A stretch of 49,818 nt of DNA from Chlamydiae bacterium SM23_39 (GTDB lineage Bacteria > Chlamydiota > Chlamydiia > Chlamydiales > SM23-39): positions 1 through 49,818 of the forward strand of contig LJUH01000001.1 of the NCBI GenBank assembly GCA_001303765.1, read 5' to 3'. Positions 38,657 through 48,494 of this stretch are shown here, in pieces. The position numbers and the translations under genes are program-made. The notes beneath the pieces were generated by a model. The model saw only the letters and a list, made by a program, of their open reading frames with translations. It made no database searches and was not told the DNA's origin. Position 1 is the stretch's first letter. Each line of letters opens with the position of its first letter.

Positions 38657-40076
38657 TCTTTTTTCCTTTATATCTTTCATGTATCCAATGCTCTTTTTTA
38701 GCTATAGTCAAAATAGTAGGTATGATAAAAACTATTAAAAATCCCATAAAAATGGTCATAAAATAAAAGATATGATTTTTTGGAGAGAGTTCTAAAGGTG
38801 GAAATAATGCAACAACAAATAAAAATAAAATAGTGATAATTCCTAAAGATCCTATTATCCACATTCCAGAATTCTTCTTTCCAGGAATATAATAGGCTCT
38901 TTTAACTTCAGGATGTTTATATCTTAAATAAATTCCAGAAATAATCATTAAAAAATACATGCTCGCATATATCATCATAGACAGAGCTATAGATATCCAA
39001 AAAGCAATATTTATCTTATCAGAAATCATTAAAAAAGATCCTATTAAAGATATCACAATTCCTTGAACTATCAAAAGATTTCTAGGTATGCCATGTTTAT
39101 TAACCTTGGTAAGGAAGGGAGGGAAAAATCCTCTTTTTGCTGCTTCTAAAAGTCCTTTCACAGGGCCCATCAACCAAGCATTAGCTCCACCTATTGCTCC
39201 TCCTGCTACTAAAACTCCTATATAAGGAACAATCCATCCAACATTCATTTTTCTTAAAAACATTTCAAAAGCTTGCATAAAACCTGAAACAAAACTGATA
39301 TCTCTTTGAGGCACTACGATAGCCACAGAAAAAGCTCCTAATAAATTAACGGCAAGACCTATTATAACCACAAAAAAAATAGCAACAGGATAATTTCTAG
39401 CAGGATTAATAACTTTTCCAGCATGATTAGAAGAAGCTTCAATACCTGTAAAAGTCCTTGTAAAACTTAAGATTAAAACTAGAGTAGCAAATTTTTTAAA
39501 ATCTGGAAAAATATTCTTAGGAGTAAATGATAGATCTATACTTAAAGGATTATCCGAAAAAAAATAAAAAACACCTAATACTATCATCAAAATAGCAGGA
39601 AGCAATACTCCCAATAAAAAACAACAAGTACTAACTAAGCTATTAACTCTTACACCTTTTAAACTAGCCAATGTACATGTCCATAATGCAACAAATAAAA
39701 CAGATATCAAAAATATTTTATTAGCAGCAAGATCAGGAGCAATTACATAAGCAAAAGATCCTCCAACAAAATAAAACATAGATATAACACTCAATAACAT
39801 ATTGGTCCATTGTAACCAACTAGCTAAAAATCCAAATTTAGAACCAAAAGCTTTTGTAACCCAAACAAAAACACCTCCTTCTTTTGGCCATCCGGTAGCA
39901 AGTTCTGCAGAAATTAAAGCTGTTGGAATAAAAAAACAGATTGCTGCTATCAATCCAAAAAATATCATGTGAAGTCCCGTCTCTGCCATAGATGGAACAT
40001 TTCTAATGCTTACAACAAAAGCAGAAGAAAGTGTTATCAAAATAAATAAATTTATTTTATCCTTTTTTTGATTCAT
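38649..40076 (-). CDS. APC-superfamily amino acid antiporter, GadC (glutamate:GABA antiporter) family
   Basis: 475 aa with about 12 TM helices. It is collinear with remembered E. coli GadC: FFIPTALISAELATGWP.EGGVFVWV, FPDF.K..TLV, TG.EAS..H, NP.R.YP.A, GP..G, FPP.L.KVNKHGIP and RYKHPE.KR.Y.IPG. Its stop overlaps the asdA start by 8 nt. Confidence 0.8.
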   Translation of the reverse strand: MNQKKDKINLFILITLSSAFVVSIRNVPSMAETGLHMIFFGLIAAICFFIPTALISAELATGWPKEGGVFVWVTKAFGSKFGFLASWLQWTNMLLSVISMFYFVGGSFAYVIAPDLAANKIFLISVLFVALWTCTLASLKGVRVNSLVSTCCFLLGVLLPAILMIVLGVFYFFSDNPLSIDLSFTPKNIFPDFKKFATLVLILSFTRTFTGIEASSNHAGKVINPARNYPVAIFFVVIIGLAVNLLGAFSVAIVVPQRDISFVSGFMQAFEMFLRKMNVGWIVPYIGVLVAGGAIGGANAWLMGPVKGLLEAAKRGFFPPFLTKVNKHGIPRNLLIVQGIVISLIGSFLMISDKINIAFWISIALSMMIYASMYFLMIISGIYLRYKHPEVKRAYYIPGKKNSGMWIIGSLGIITILFLFVVALFPPLELSPKNHIFYFMTIFMGFLIVFIIPTILTIAKKEHWIHERYKGKKNE

Positions 40077-40122
40077 CTTTTATTATGATATATAAAAATT
40101 AAAAAAAATCTTGTCAAAGAAA

Positions 40123-41757
40123 TTAAAAATCTAAAAATATTCCTGCATGAATTCTTGAATGCCATCCTTCAGGAAAAAATCTTCCATGAATACTTTTTAA
40201 CTGAATACCATAATCAACTCTTGCATTCAAATACTCCTTAATAGAAAATCTAAGACCAGGACCTACAGATAACAGTCTAGCATTATTTTTACTTAAAATA
40301 TTTTTATCTACATCTGTAACCATTCCAAAATCTATAAACCCTAAAAATTGTATTTTTTGTTTTCCATCTTTTTGCAAATCAAAAGCATCTGTTCTAATTT
40401 CATTAACCAATAAAAAACCTTGATCTCCAATAACTTCATTTTCTCTATATCCTCTAACTGTTCTAAATCCTCCTAAAGAAAACTGTTCTATTGGCAGTAA
40501 TTTGCTACTAGAAGCTTGAAAGGAAGTTTTCAATATCCAAGAAAATTTTTGTGGTAAAGGAATATTAAGGTCTATATCTAACAAGCCATACACATAATTA
40601 CTTTTAGCTCTTTCTCTTTCCTGTTCAAAATATTTTCTTTTATTATATCTAGTCATCTTCCCTGGACTTATAAAAACATTAATTCCTAATAAAGCATTAA
40701 ATCTATCTTTAGAATAAGTCCCCTCATATTTAAGAAGGAATTGAGATACATCTATAAATGAATCATATATCAAAGTCTCTTGATATATTATAAAATTATT
40801 TGTTCTTTTAAAATCATATCCTAAAACAAATTCATGTTTATAATTTTCAAAAGTAGGTAATGGGATAACATATCTACCTATTAGACTCCATGCTTTACCA
40901 TCCAAATTTTGATCAGGTTCATAATCGGGCTTTGTTTTAACATAATATCCAAAAACTCTTAAAATATTTCTTTTCCATAAATTAGCTATATAATTACCTG
41001 ATACTCCCCACCATTTATTTAATTCCGATGAAGACATAAATTGTGCATTAGCTTCATCATTACCAAAACAACTAGCAATAGTAACTCCAGCAATATATCT
41101 AGAAAGTCCGGTATCTTTCGTTCCAGTATTTTCATATCCTCCATATACTTTTACAGGAAATCTATCTTCTGTCTGCAAAATAATATTTGTTTCTCCTAAC
41201 TCTTCTCCAGGTTCAAAAATCAATGAAGTAGTATGAAAAGGACTAGTATTTAACCAAAAAACCTCTTCCTGTATTTGATCTTTATTGATAATTTCTTCCG
41301 TTTTTATTTTTAAGCTATTTTTTATTTTTTTATTAGAAAAAAATCTAGCTCCTTCTGCTTTTATTTTTCCTAATTTACCTAAAAGAACTAAAATTTTAAT
41401 ATTTCCTAAGGTAACATCTTGCCCTTCTAAAATATGTACAGATACTATATAAGAACTATTTTTTTCATAATAATCAACAACAGCTTTTTTTATCTCTTCT
41501 AAAATATCTGTCGTCAAAGGCTTTTTTAAAAATTTAGACATCTCTTTTTTAAAAGGAGTTTTTTTTGGAACTTCTAATCCTAATATAACAATACCTTCTT
41601 CAGTAACATCTATCTTTTGCTTTTCATCTCCCATAAATATAAGAGAATTGATAAATATCTCTTTTTTTTTATTCTCAACAAGTTCTCTTTCTTCTGTAAA
41701 ATCCTCTCCATATCCAAAAAAGCTAATAAGTAAAAACACCCAAAGATATCTTTTCAT
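40123..41757 (-). CDS. Two-partner secretion outer-membrane transporter TpsB (ShlB/FhaC/HecB family, POTRA plus beta-barrel)
   Basis: 544 aa with a signal peptide and a POTRA-like N-terminal third. It has QFSLGGFRTVRGYRENEVIGDQGFLLVNEIR (the ShlB-type motif) and ends in an aromatic residue (IFLDF). Confidence 0.85.
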   Translation of the reverse strand: MKRYLWVFLLISFFGYGEDFTEERELVENKKKEIFINSLIFMGDEKQKIDVTEEGIVILGLEVPKKTPFKKEMSKFLKKPLTTDILEEIKKAVVDYYEKNSSYIVSVHILEGQDVTLGNIKILVLLGKLGKIKAEGARFFSNKKIKNSLKIKTEEIINKDQIQEEVFWLNTSPFHTTSLIFEPGEELGETNIILQTEDRFPVKVYGGYENTGTKDTGLSRYIAGVTIASCFGNDEANAQFMSSSELNKWWGVSGNYIANLWKRNILRVFGYYVKTKPDYEPDQNLDGKAWSLIGRYVIPLPTFENYKHEFVLGYDFKRTNNFIIYQETLIYDSFIDVSQFLLKYEGTYSKDRFNALLGINVFISPGKMTRYNKRKYFEQERERAKSNYVYGLLDIDLNIPLPQKFSWILKTSFQASSSKLLPIEQFSLGGFRTVRGYRENEVIGDQGFLLVNEIRTDAFDLQKDGKQKIQFLGFIDFGMVTDVDKNILSKNNARLLSVGPGLRFSIKEYLNARVDYGIQLKSIHGRFFPEGWHSRIHAGIFLDF

Positions 41758-41808
41758 ATTTATTTAGTAATATTAAATTTTTTTTATCGCGTCAACCTTG
41801 TAAAACTT

Positions 41809-44800
41809 TTATTTAATAAATATTTTAAACAATTTTGAATATCTTAAAGGAGTAAAACAATTTTTTCCCTCTTTATAACATTCAAAAAATCTAAGATAAA
41901 TAGGATAATAAAAATAAAAAGATTCATATTCACTATAATCTATTTTATATGTTAAAGAAGCATCAGTTGATAATATTCTAAACAACTCGCTAGGAGGTAT
42001 TGGCGGCACAGGTGGTTCTGGTGGGTATATTACATTTTGTATATTCAATATTCCTCCTGTTCCTGTAGCAGTACCTCCTACTAAATCAACATATACAGGA
42101 GGTGTGTAATTAGAATAATCCAAAGTATTATCTAATCCTATTCCATTAACAATCCCTGCAACACCTTTCTGATCAGAAAATACAAATGTATCCGGCTGCA
42201 AGTTGCCTGTAAGATCTGTTATATGTGAAAAGCTTACCCCCCCTACATCTCCTGAATTTATACCTGTTATATTCCAAGTATTAACTACATTAGGTCCCAC
42301 TAAAGTATTTACTCCTCCTACTCCACCATTTATAGTAGATATTGTTCCTCCATTTAAATAAAAAATATCATCATTACTTCCACCAGTAATTGAAGTTAAA
42401 GTTCCTCCATTTATATTATAGATATTATTTCCAGATATTTCATTTATAAATTCCATATCACCACCGTTCATATTGTAAGTATTATCTCCACTATTTCCAT
42501 TCAATACTTCAATATTAAAGAAACTAGTAGCTCCAGCAGATAGAGGATTAATATTACCCGAGTGTATACCATTTACAGTAAATGTCGTATTTTCTGGTGG
42601 AGCAACAATAGTATTACCTGTACCTCCACTACCATCAATGAAACTACTGATAAAACCTCCAATACTAAAGTTATATGTATCATCTCCCAATAATCCTCCC
42701 ATCAATTTTAAAAAGTCAGTGAAAGAAGGACCTCCTGTTATATTACCTGCATCATTTGCAGTTATATTCCATGTACTTCCACTTGTTGGCCCATAAAAAG
42801 TATTTGTTCCTCCACTTCCATTTAAAGTACCTGTTATTCCACTAGCATATATATAAAAAGTGTCATTATTAGCTCCTCCAGTAGCAGTAAAAGCTGCAGC
42901 TGTTATAGAAATGCCTGCATTTATTGTTAAAGATCCCGGATTTATTTGTCCTAGAAGAAAATCAATATTATTAGCACCTGCTGATAAATTCCCTGAAATA
43001 GTTATCGAATCACCTGCTATAAACTTTATTGAATCTAAGAAGGTATAAGCACCACATGTGATAGATGCAGTATTGGTATTATCACCAATGGTTATCAAAT
43101 TAAAACCATCTGCAAAAGTATTCAATGCTGATACAGGAAGCAAAAGACCTGCTCCTGTCCCTGCTAATCCAATAGATCTACTAACGGAATTAGGATAAAC
43201 TTTTAAATCGGTATTCCCTGAAATAGCACCCCCTGCTAAATTCATCGTATCTCCAATAAGAGTAACAGATCCATTAACAGCATCAATATCTTGTGAATTA
43301 TTATAGATAGCATATCCAGAACCAGACCCATATCCTTTTATCTGTATAGATCCAGTACTTTGACTTACTATATTACCAGCTTCCAAATAAACAGAATGAG
43401 AGCTAGCTCCTGTCCCACTTATTCCTTCAACATCGATATTTCCTCCTCCATTAGATGCAATTTTATCATTACTATTCATAACAAGATGAACACCATGATT
43501 ATTATTTCCTGTTCCTCGTCCTGTTCCTTTAACAGTTATATTTCCCGTATTTGAAACAATATCAGATGTAATACCATAGATATAAACTCCAACATTACTA
43601 TTAACTCCATTACCTCCTATCCCTTCTACAGATATGTTTGCTGTTGAAGCTGTTGCATCTATCTGTCCTCCATTTTCAATATTGATTCCTCTATTGTAAC
43701 TACCAGTACCACTGGTATTTCCTTCTCCCTTTAAACTTACATCTCCTACTCCTCCAGTAATGGTAGCTCCATTAATATGTATTCCTTCACAATAATCTGT
43801 CCCTGGACCTCCTTTACATGGATTACCCCCTAATCCATCGGAAAAAATTATTTTAGCATTATTAGTAGAAAGAACTTCAGAACTCGAGTTCATATAAACT
43901 CCAAAATTATTAGTATTTGTACCATTAGATACTCCATATAAAATTATATCTCCGTCAACTGATTGCACTTTTACATTTAAACCATCGAGAGTTATTCCAT
44001 AATTATCATTTGTTGAGGTTGCACTCCCTCCTGTTCCTTCTAAAGTTATAGTACCGGTACCTGTAGAATCTACCATTGAATAATTTGCAGAAAGATATAT
44101 GCCATAATTATTATTACCACTTCCATTACTAGAACCTGTCAATAAAATAGTTCCAGTAGAAGTAGAAGAGATAACCGTATTATTAGCTATATTAGGACCT
44201 CCATCCAACTGGATCCCATAATTTGTATTCGTTCCTACTCCACCACCACCTCCTCCTACACCTGTTAAATCTATTTTTGCTGATCCAGAAGAAGTTATCA
44301 AAGATCCTTGATTCAATACTATCCCTTCATTGCCACTTCCTAGTGGTCCACCTCTACCAAGAAGAGTTATATCACCATCTATAGAGGTTATCTGTGCTCC
44401 ATTGTTGAGAACTATCCCATCATAGCTAGCTCCTGTTATAGAAGCTGTTGTTTGAAAATCAAAAGCATCAAAATTAGCTCCGCTAAAAGTATTGCTTAAC
44501 ACAATTCCCGCTGCTATATCGATAGTTCTATCTGCTATCAAAGTAAGTTTTGTATTAGTTGCCCATGTTATATTTGTCTGTATACTTATAGTTCCGTTGC
44601 TATTACCTCCGATACCATCTGTTTTAACTATTACATTATTAAATGCAAGAGCATTTGTAAGGTCAACAACATATAGATTTGCAGGAGAACTAGCTGGTTG
44701 ATAAGGATTAGTAAAAGCAGGATTGCTTGGAGAAGTATTTGTTATATTTATATCTACAGGGTCTAAAGTTAATTCTCCTATCTTCCCAAAAGATGATAGA

Positions 44801-45918
44801 GTAGATACCCTTCCTTTAAATAAAAGATCTTTTTTGGAAGAAATTTCTACAAAACCTCCATTACCTTTAACAGTTTCTGCTGATATGTTTCCATAAAAAT
44901 GGTTTTTTCTATCTCCCCAAAGAAATATTTGTCCTCCATCTCCTTCTATTGAATCAGCTTTAATAACAGAATCTTCGGAAAGATACAAATTCTCAGTAAA
45001 TCCTTTCTTACCAATGTTAACATTGCCACCCTCTAAATCTCCTGATACATCAAGATAAGCTTTATCCTTTATCTCTATCTCTTTTCCTATTACCTCTATA
45101 TCTCCTCCCTTCTTATCTTTCGATGCTGTTAGTTTCCCATCTATATTAACTTTTCCCTCTTTTGCTCCTAAAAATATCCTTCCCCCTTTCTCATAAATAG
45201 TATTTGCTTCTATCAACCCTTCTTGATTTATTGCAAAAGAATCTATATTAGAAGCTTTAAGAGCTATATTTAATGCTTTAAGGACACCTTTATTATCAAC
45301 AGATCCTAATCCCTTAGGTTTTATTATTATATTTTCATCTTCTTTAAATATAAATATCTCTTCAGCTCCTATTAAATTAATATCTCCTTTAGTAGATTCT
45401 ATCTTACCCTCATTTTTTATCCGCTTAGAAAAAATATAAACTCCTTTCTCTCCTAAAATAGTCCCTTTATTTTCTATTTGGCCTTTTTCATTTTTAAAAA
45501 AATTTATATTTTCATCTTTTAAAAATTGGGAGTTAGCAATATCTAAAGTAGAAGCTATAAATTTTTGTGTTTTTATTAATCCTGACTTACCTATAACGAT
45601 ACCATTCTTATTTATTAAAAAAACTTTTCCGTTAGAAGAGAGAGTACCAAAAATATTAGAAACATTTTTTGAAATAACTCTATTTAAACTACAAGAAGAT
45701 TTAGAAGGTTGAATTATTTTTGTTATCTCATTTTTATCTATAGAAAAATTCTTCCAATCAATAATAGATTTATGACTATTTTGATTTATTGTTAAAGTTC
45801 TTGCTTCTTTAGAAAATTTTACCTCTCCATGAATAACTTTAGGATTTGAAGGATTGGAAATAATATAAAAAGGAAAAACAAAAAAAGATAACTTCAAAAA
45901 ATTATAAACTTTTAACAT
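41809..45918 (-). CDS. Two-partner secretion exoprotein TpsA (filamentous-haemagglutinin-like N-terminal TPS domain plus long Gly/Asn/Thr-rich beta-helical repeats)
   Basis: 1369 aa. After the signal peptide: NPKVIHGEVKF...TINQNS.KSIIDWKNFSI....T.I.QPS.SS.SLNRVIS.N.S.IFG.L.SNGKVFLINKNGIVIG, which is the TPS secretion domain. Further on: GNGGFVEISSKKDLLFKGRVS...G..GELTLDPVDINI. Then about 700 aa of imperfect G-x-I/V-L...G-x-G repeats, a PPEPPVPPIPP tract and an aromatic/Cys-containing tail. Confidence 0.85.
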   Translation of the reverse strand: MLKVYNFLKLSFFVFPFYIISNPSNPKVIHGEVKFSKEARTLTINQNSHKSIIDWKNFSIDKNEITKIIQPSKSSCSLNRVISKNVSNIFGTLSSNGKVFLINKNGIVIGKSGLIKTQKFIASTLDIANSQFLKDENINFFKNEKGQIENKGTILGEKGVYIFSKRIKNEGKIESTKGDINLIGAEEIFIFKEDENIIIKPKGLGSVDNKGVLKALNIALKASNIDSFAINQEGLIEANTIYEKGGRIFLGAKEGKVNIDGKLTASKDKKGGDIEVIGKEIEIKDKAYLDVSGDLEGGNVNIGKKGFTENLYLSEDSVIKADSIEGDGGQIFLWGDRKNHFYGNISAETVKGNGGFVEISSKKDLLFKGRVSTLSSFGKIGELTLDPVDINITNTSPSNPAFTNPYQPASSPANLYVVDLTNALAFNNVIVKTDGIGGNSNGTISIQTNITWATNTKLTLIADRTIDIAAGIVLSNTFSGANFDAFDFQTTASITGASYDGIVLNNGAQITSIDGDITLLGRGGPLGSGNEGIVLNQGSLITSSGSAKIDLTGVGGGGGGVGTNTNYGIQLDGGPNIANNTVISSTSTGTILLTGSSNGSGNNNYGIYLSANYSMVDSTGTGTITLEGTGGSATSTNDNYGITLDGLNVKVQSVDGDIILYGVSNGTNTNNFGVYMNSSSEVLSTNNAKIIFSDGLGGNPCKGGPGTDYCEGIHINGATITGGVGDVSLKGEGNTSGTGSYNRGINIENGGQIDATASTANISVEGIGGNGVNSNVGVYIYGITSDIVSNTGNITVKGTGRGTGNNNHGVHLVMNSNDKIASNGGGNIDVEGISGTGASSHSVYLEAGNIVSQSTGSIQIKGYGSGSGYAIYNNSQDIDAVNGSVTLIGDTMNLAGGAISGNTDLKVYPNSVSRSIGLAGTGAGLLLPVSALNTFADGFNLITIGDNTNTASITCGAYTFLDSIKFIAGDSITISGNLSAGANNIDFLLGQINPGSLTINAGISITAAAFTATGGANNDTFYIYASGITGTLNGSGGTNTFYGPTSGSTWNITANDAGNITGGPSFTDFLKLMGGLLGDDTYNFSIGGFISSFIDGSGGTGNTIVAPPENTTFTVNGIHSGNINPLSAGATSFFNIEVLNGNSGDNTYNMNGGDMEFINEISGNNIYNINGGTLTSITGGSNDDIFYLNGGTISTINGGVGGVNTLVGPNVVNTWNITGINSGDVGGVSFSHITDLTGNLQPDTFVFSDQKGVAGIVNGIGLDNTLDYSNYTPPVYVDLVGGTATGTGGILNIQNVIYPPEPPVPPIPPSELFRILSTDASLTYKIDYSEYESFYFYYPIYLRFFECYKEGKNCFTPLRYSKLFKIFIK

Positions 45919-45965
45919 AACCCTTTTTTCTTCTAAGTAACATAAAAAAATTTAAAAAAAAATAA

Positions 45966-48425
45966 TTATTTTATTTTCTTCATATGCTTAGATAAAGCTT
46001 TAGATAATTTCATCATATCTATAGGCTCTTTACCTATTATCTTAGATAACTTTTCATCAGGAATAATTTCTCTTTTGTTCTTAGGATTTTGAAGGTTTTT
46101 TGATTTTATATAAGACCATATCTTTTTCAACACATCACTTCTAGTAGCTTCTTTTTCTTTAATAATAGCTTCTAACTCCTCAGAAATCTTATATCCGTTC
46201 TTCTTTGTTTTTTTAGCATAAGGAGTTTTTGGATGATGAGCATCATATTTAGGTTCCAAAGCTTTTAAATCATTAACAATGATATTGCATTCAGGAAAAT
46301 TACTACACGAATAAAATATTTTTCCAAACCTAGACCGCCTCATAACTATTTTACCATCGCATCCCAATGCTGGACAATCTAATCTCTCTTTAAGAGGAAT
46401 AACCTTTTCTCCTCTTTTAGGAACGGTTACTATCCCCTGACATTCTGGATAATTAGAACATCCCAAAAATACCCCATATTTCCCATGCCTTATAACCATT
46501 TTAGCTCCACATTTAGGACATAGTTGATCCCATTCAAAATCTTCAGCATAATCCTCTTTTTTAAATTCTAAAGATTCTAAAGTAGCCGTATAATCACATT
46601 TTGGATAATCGCTGCACCCATAAAAATAGTTATTTTTCGACCATATCTTTAAAAGTTTTTTCCCACATTTAGGACATTTAATATTTGTCTCTATTCTAGG
46701 AGCAGAAGCTTCTTTTTTAGCTTTCTCTACCATAGGCATAAAGGCTTCCCAAAAACCCTTTATTAAAGACTTCCATTCTCTTTTATTTGCTGCTACTAAT
46801 TCTAAATCATCTTCCATAGCTGCAGTAAAACCAATATTCATTATAGGAGAAAAATTTTCTTCTAACATATATGCTATAACCTTACCTAACTCTGTTGGTC
46901 TTAAACTTGTTTTTTCTTTTATAGTATATTCTCTATTCTGTATCTTATTCATTATTGAAGAATAGGTAGATGGTCTTCCTATCCCTGATTTCTCTAATTC
47001 TTTAATCAATGATGCTTCAGTAAACCTAGCAGGAGGTTTTGTAAAAGATTGTAAAGGAACAATCTCTTCTAAAACAAGGCGTTGTTTCTCTTTTAAAGGA
47101 GGTAGTTTTTCCTTTTCCTCTTCTTTCTCTTCATCTTTTTTTTCCTCATAAAGAACAAGAAATCCTAAAAATTTTATATAAGAGCCTATAGCTTTTAAAA
47201 GCATATTATCTGCTTTAATATCTACAACAGTAGATTCATAGGTAGCATATTTCATTTGAGAAGCTATAAATCTATTCCATATTAAAAGATACAATTTATA
47301 TTGATCTTCTGTTAAATATTTTTTAACTTTTTTTGGATGCAGAGAGATATTAGTAGGACGAATAGCTTCATGTGCTTCTTGAGCTGACTTTTTACTAACA
47401 TAAAATATAGGTTTCTCGGGTATATATTTTTCTCCATACTCTTTTTTTATAAAATCTCGAGCTTGAAAAATAGCTTCCTTGGTAACTTTTACAGAATCTG
47501 TTCTCATATATGTTATAAGTCCTTCTATTCCCTCTTTTCCCATATCTATCCCTTCATATAAGGTTTGAGCTAAAGACATTGTTCTTGAAACAGAAAATCT
47601 AAAATGTCTACTCGCTTCCTGTTGCATAGTGGATGTTATAAAAGGAGGAGTAGGATTTCTTTTTTTTATTTTTTTTTCTATTTTTTCTACTATAAAAGAA
47701 CTCTTCTTTAATCTATTAACAACAGAATCAGCTGTTGCTTGATCTGGTATTAAAAAAACATTCTCTTTTTTTTCTTTTTCTACCTTTTTCCCATCTACAG
47801 AATATAAAAAAGATTCAAAAGAGAGTTCTTTTTCTTTAAAAATAGCTTTTATATTCCAATACTCAATAGGTTCAAATTCATCTATCTCCTGTTCCCTATC
47901 AACAACAAATTTTAAAGCAACCGACTGCACCCTTCCTCCTGAAGTCCTTCTTTTTAATTTTTTAGATAAAATAGGAGATACAGTATATCCAACAATTCTA
48001 TCTAAAAGACGTCTTGCTTGCTGAGCATTTACTAAAGATAAATTTATCTCTCTTGGATGTTTTAAAGATTCTAAAACAACATTTTTTGTTATTGAATTAA
48101 AAGTAATTCTTTTTATATTTGTTCCCTTAGGTAATATAGAAGCTATATGCCATGCTATTGCTTCTCCTTCTCTATCAGGATCAGGACAAAGATATACTAA
48201 ATCAACTTTTTTTGTTGCTTCTTTTAAATTTTTAATTACATCTTTTTTTCCTGGGAGGATAGTATATTTTGGTTCAAAATTTTTTTCTATATCTATACCA
48301 AATTCTTTTTCAGGCAGATCTCTAATATGACCAACAGATGATGCAAAAAAATAATTTTTCCCTAAAAACTTTTTTAATGTTTTAATTTTTGCAGGAGATT
48401 CTACTATTATTAAAATCTTTGTCAT
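45966..48425 (-). CDS. topA: DNA topoisomerase I with C-terminal SWIB/MDM2 domain
   Basis: 819 aa with a Toprim domain (LIIVESPAKIKT, DPDREGEAIAWH), an active-site region (ITYMRTDS) and several CPKCG/C..C zinc ribbons. The C-terminal ISEELEAIIKEKEATRSDVLKKIWSYIKSKNLQNPKNKREIIPDEKLSKIIG matches the SWIB pattern. Confidence 0.92.
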   Translation of the reverse strand: MTKILIIVESPAKIKTLKKFLGKNYFFASSVGHIRDLPEKEFGIDIEKNFEPKYTILPGKKDVIKNLKEATKKVDLVYLCPDPDREGEAIAWHIASILPKGTNIKRITFNSITKNVVLESLKHPREINLSLVNAQQARRLLDRIVGYTVSPILSKKLKRRTSGGRVQSVALKFVVDREQEIDEFEPIEYWNIKAIFKEKELSFESFLYSVDGKKVEKEKKENVFLIPDQATADSVVNRLKKSSFIVEKIEKKIKKRNPTPPFITSTMQQEASRHFRFSVSRTMSLAQTLYEGIDMGKEGIEGLITYMRTDSVKVTKEAIFQARDFIKKEYGEKYIPEKPIFYVSKKSAQEAHEAIRPTNISLHPKKVKKYLTEDQYKLYLLIWNRFIASQMKYATYESTVVDIKADNMLLKAIGSYIKFLGFLVLYEEKKDEEKEEEKEKLPPLKEKQRLVLEEIVPLQSFTKPPARFTEASLIKELEKSGIGRPSTYSSIMNKIQNREYTIKEKTSLRPTELGKVIAYMLEENFSPIMNIGFTAAMEDDLELVAANKREWKSLIKGFWEAFMPMVEKAKKEASAPRIETNIKCPKCGKKLLKIWSKNNYFYGCSDYPKCDYTATLESLEFKKEDYAEDFEWDQLCPKCGAKMVIRHGKYGVFLGCSNYPECQGIVTVPKRGEKVIPLKERLDCPALGCDGKIVMRRSRFGKIFYSCSNFPECNIIVNDLKALEPKYDAHHPKTPYAKKTKKNGYKISEELEAIIKEKEATRSDVLKKIWSYIKSKNLQNPKNKREIIPDEKLSKIIGKEPIDMMKLSKALSKHMKKIK

Positions 48426-48494
48426 AAAATATACTTTAAAAAAAAAAATATTTTTTTCAAATAATAACTTTTTTATAATTTATAAGAAAAAATC

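Noticed and set aside
41809-45918. Calling the 1369-aa glycine-rich protein a chlamydial polymorphic membrane protein (Pmp, type Va autotransporter) or a CdiA contact-dependent inhibition toxin
   Set aside because: I did not see the repeated GGA(I/L/V) and FxxN tetrapeptides typical of Pmps, and there is no C-terminal autotransporter barrel. The N-terminus is a TPS domain and a TpsB gene is adjacent. There is no VENN-like pre-toxin motif and no small immunity-like ORF after it, so CDI is not supported.
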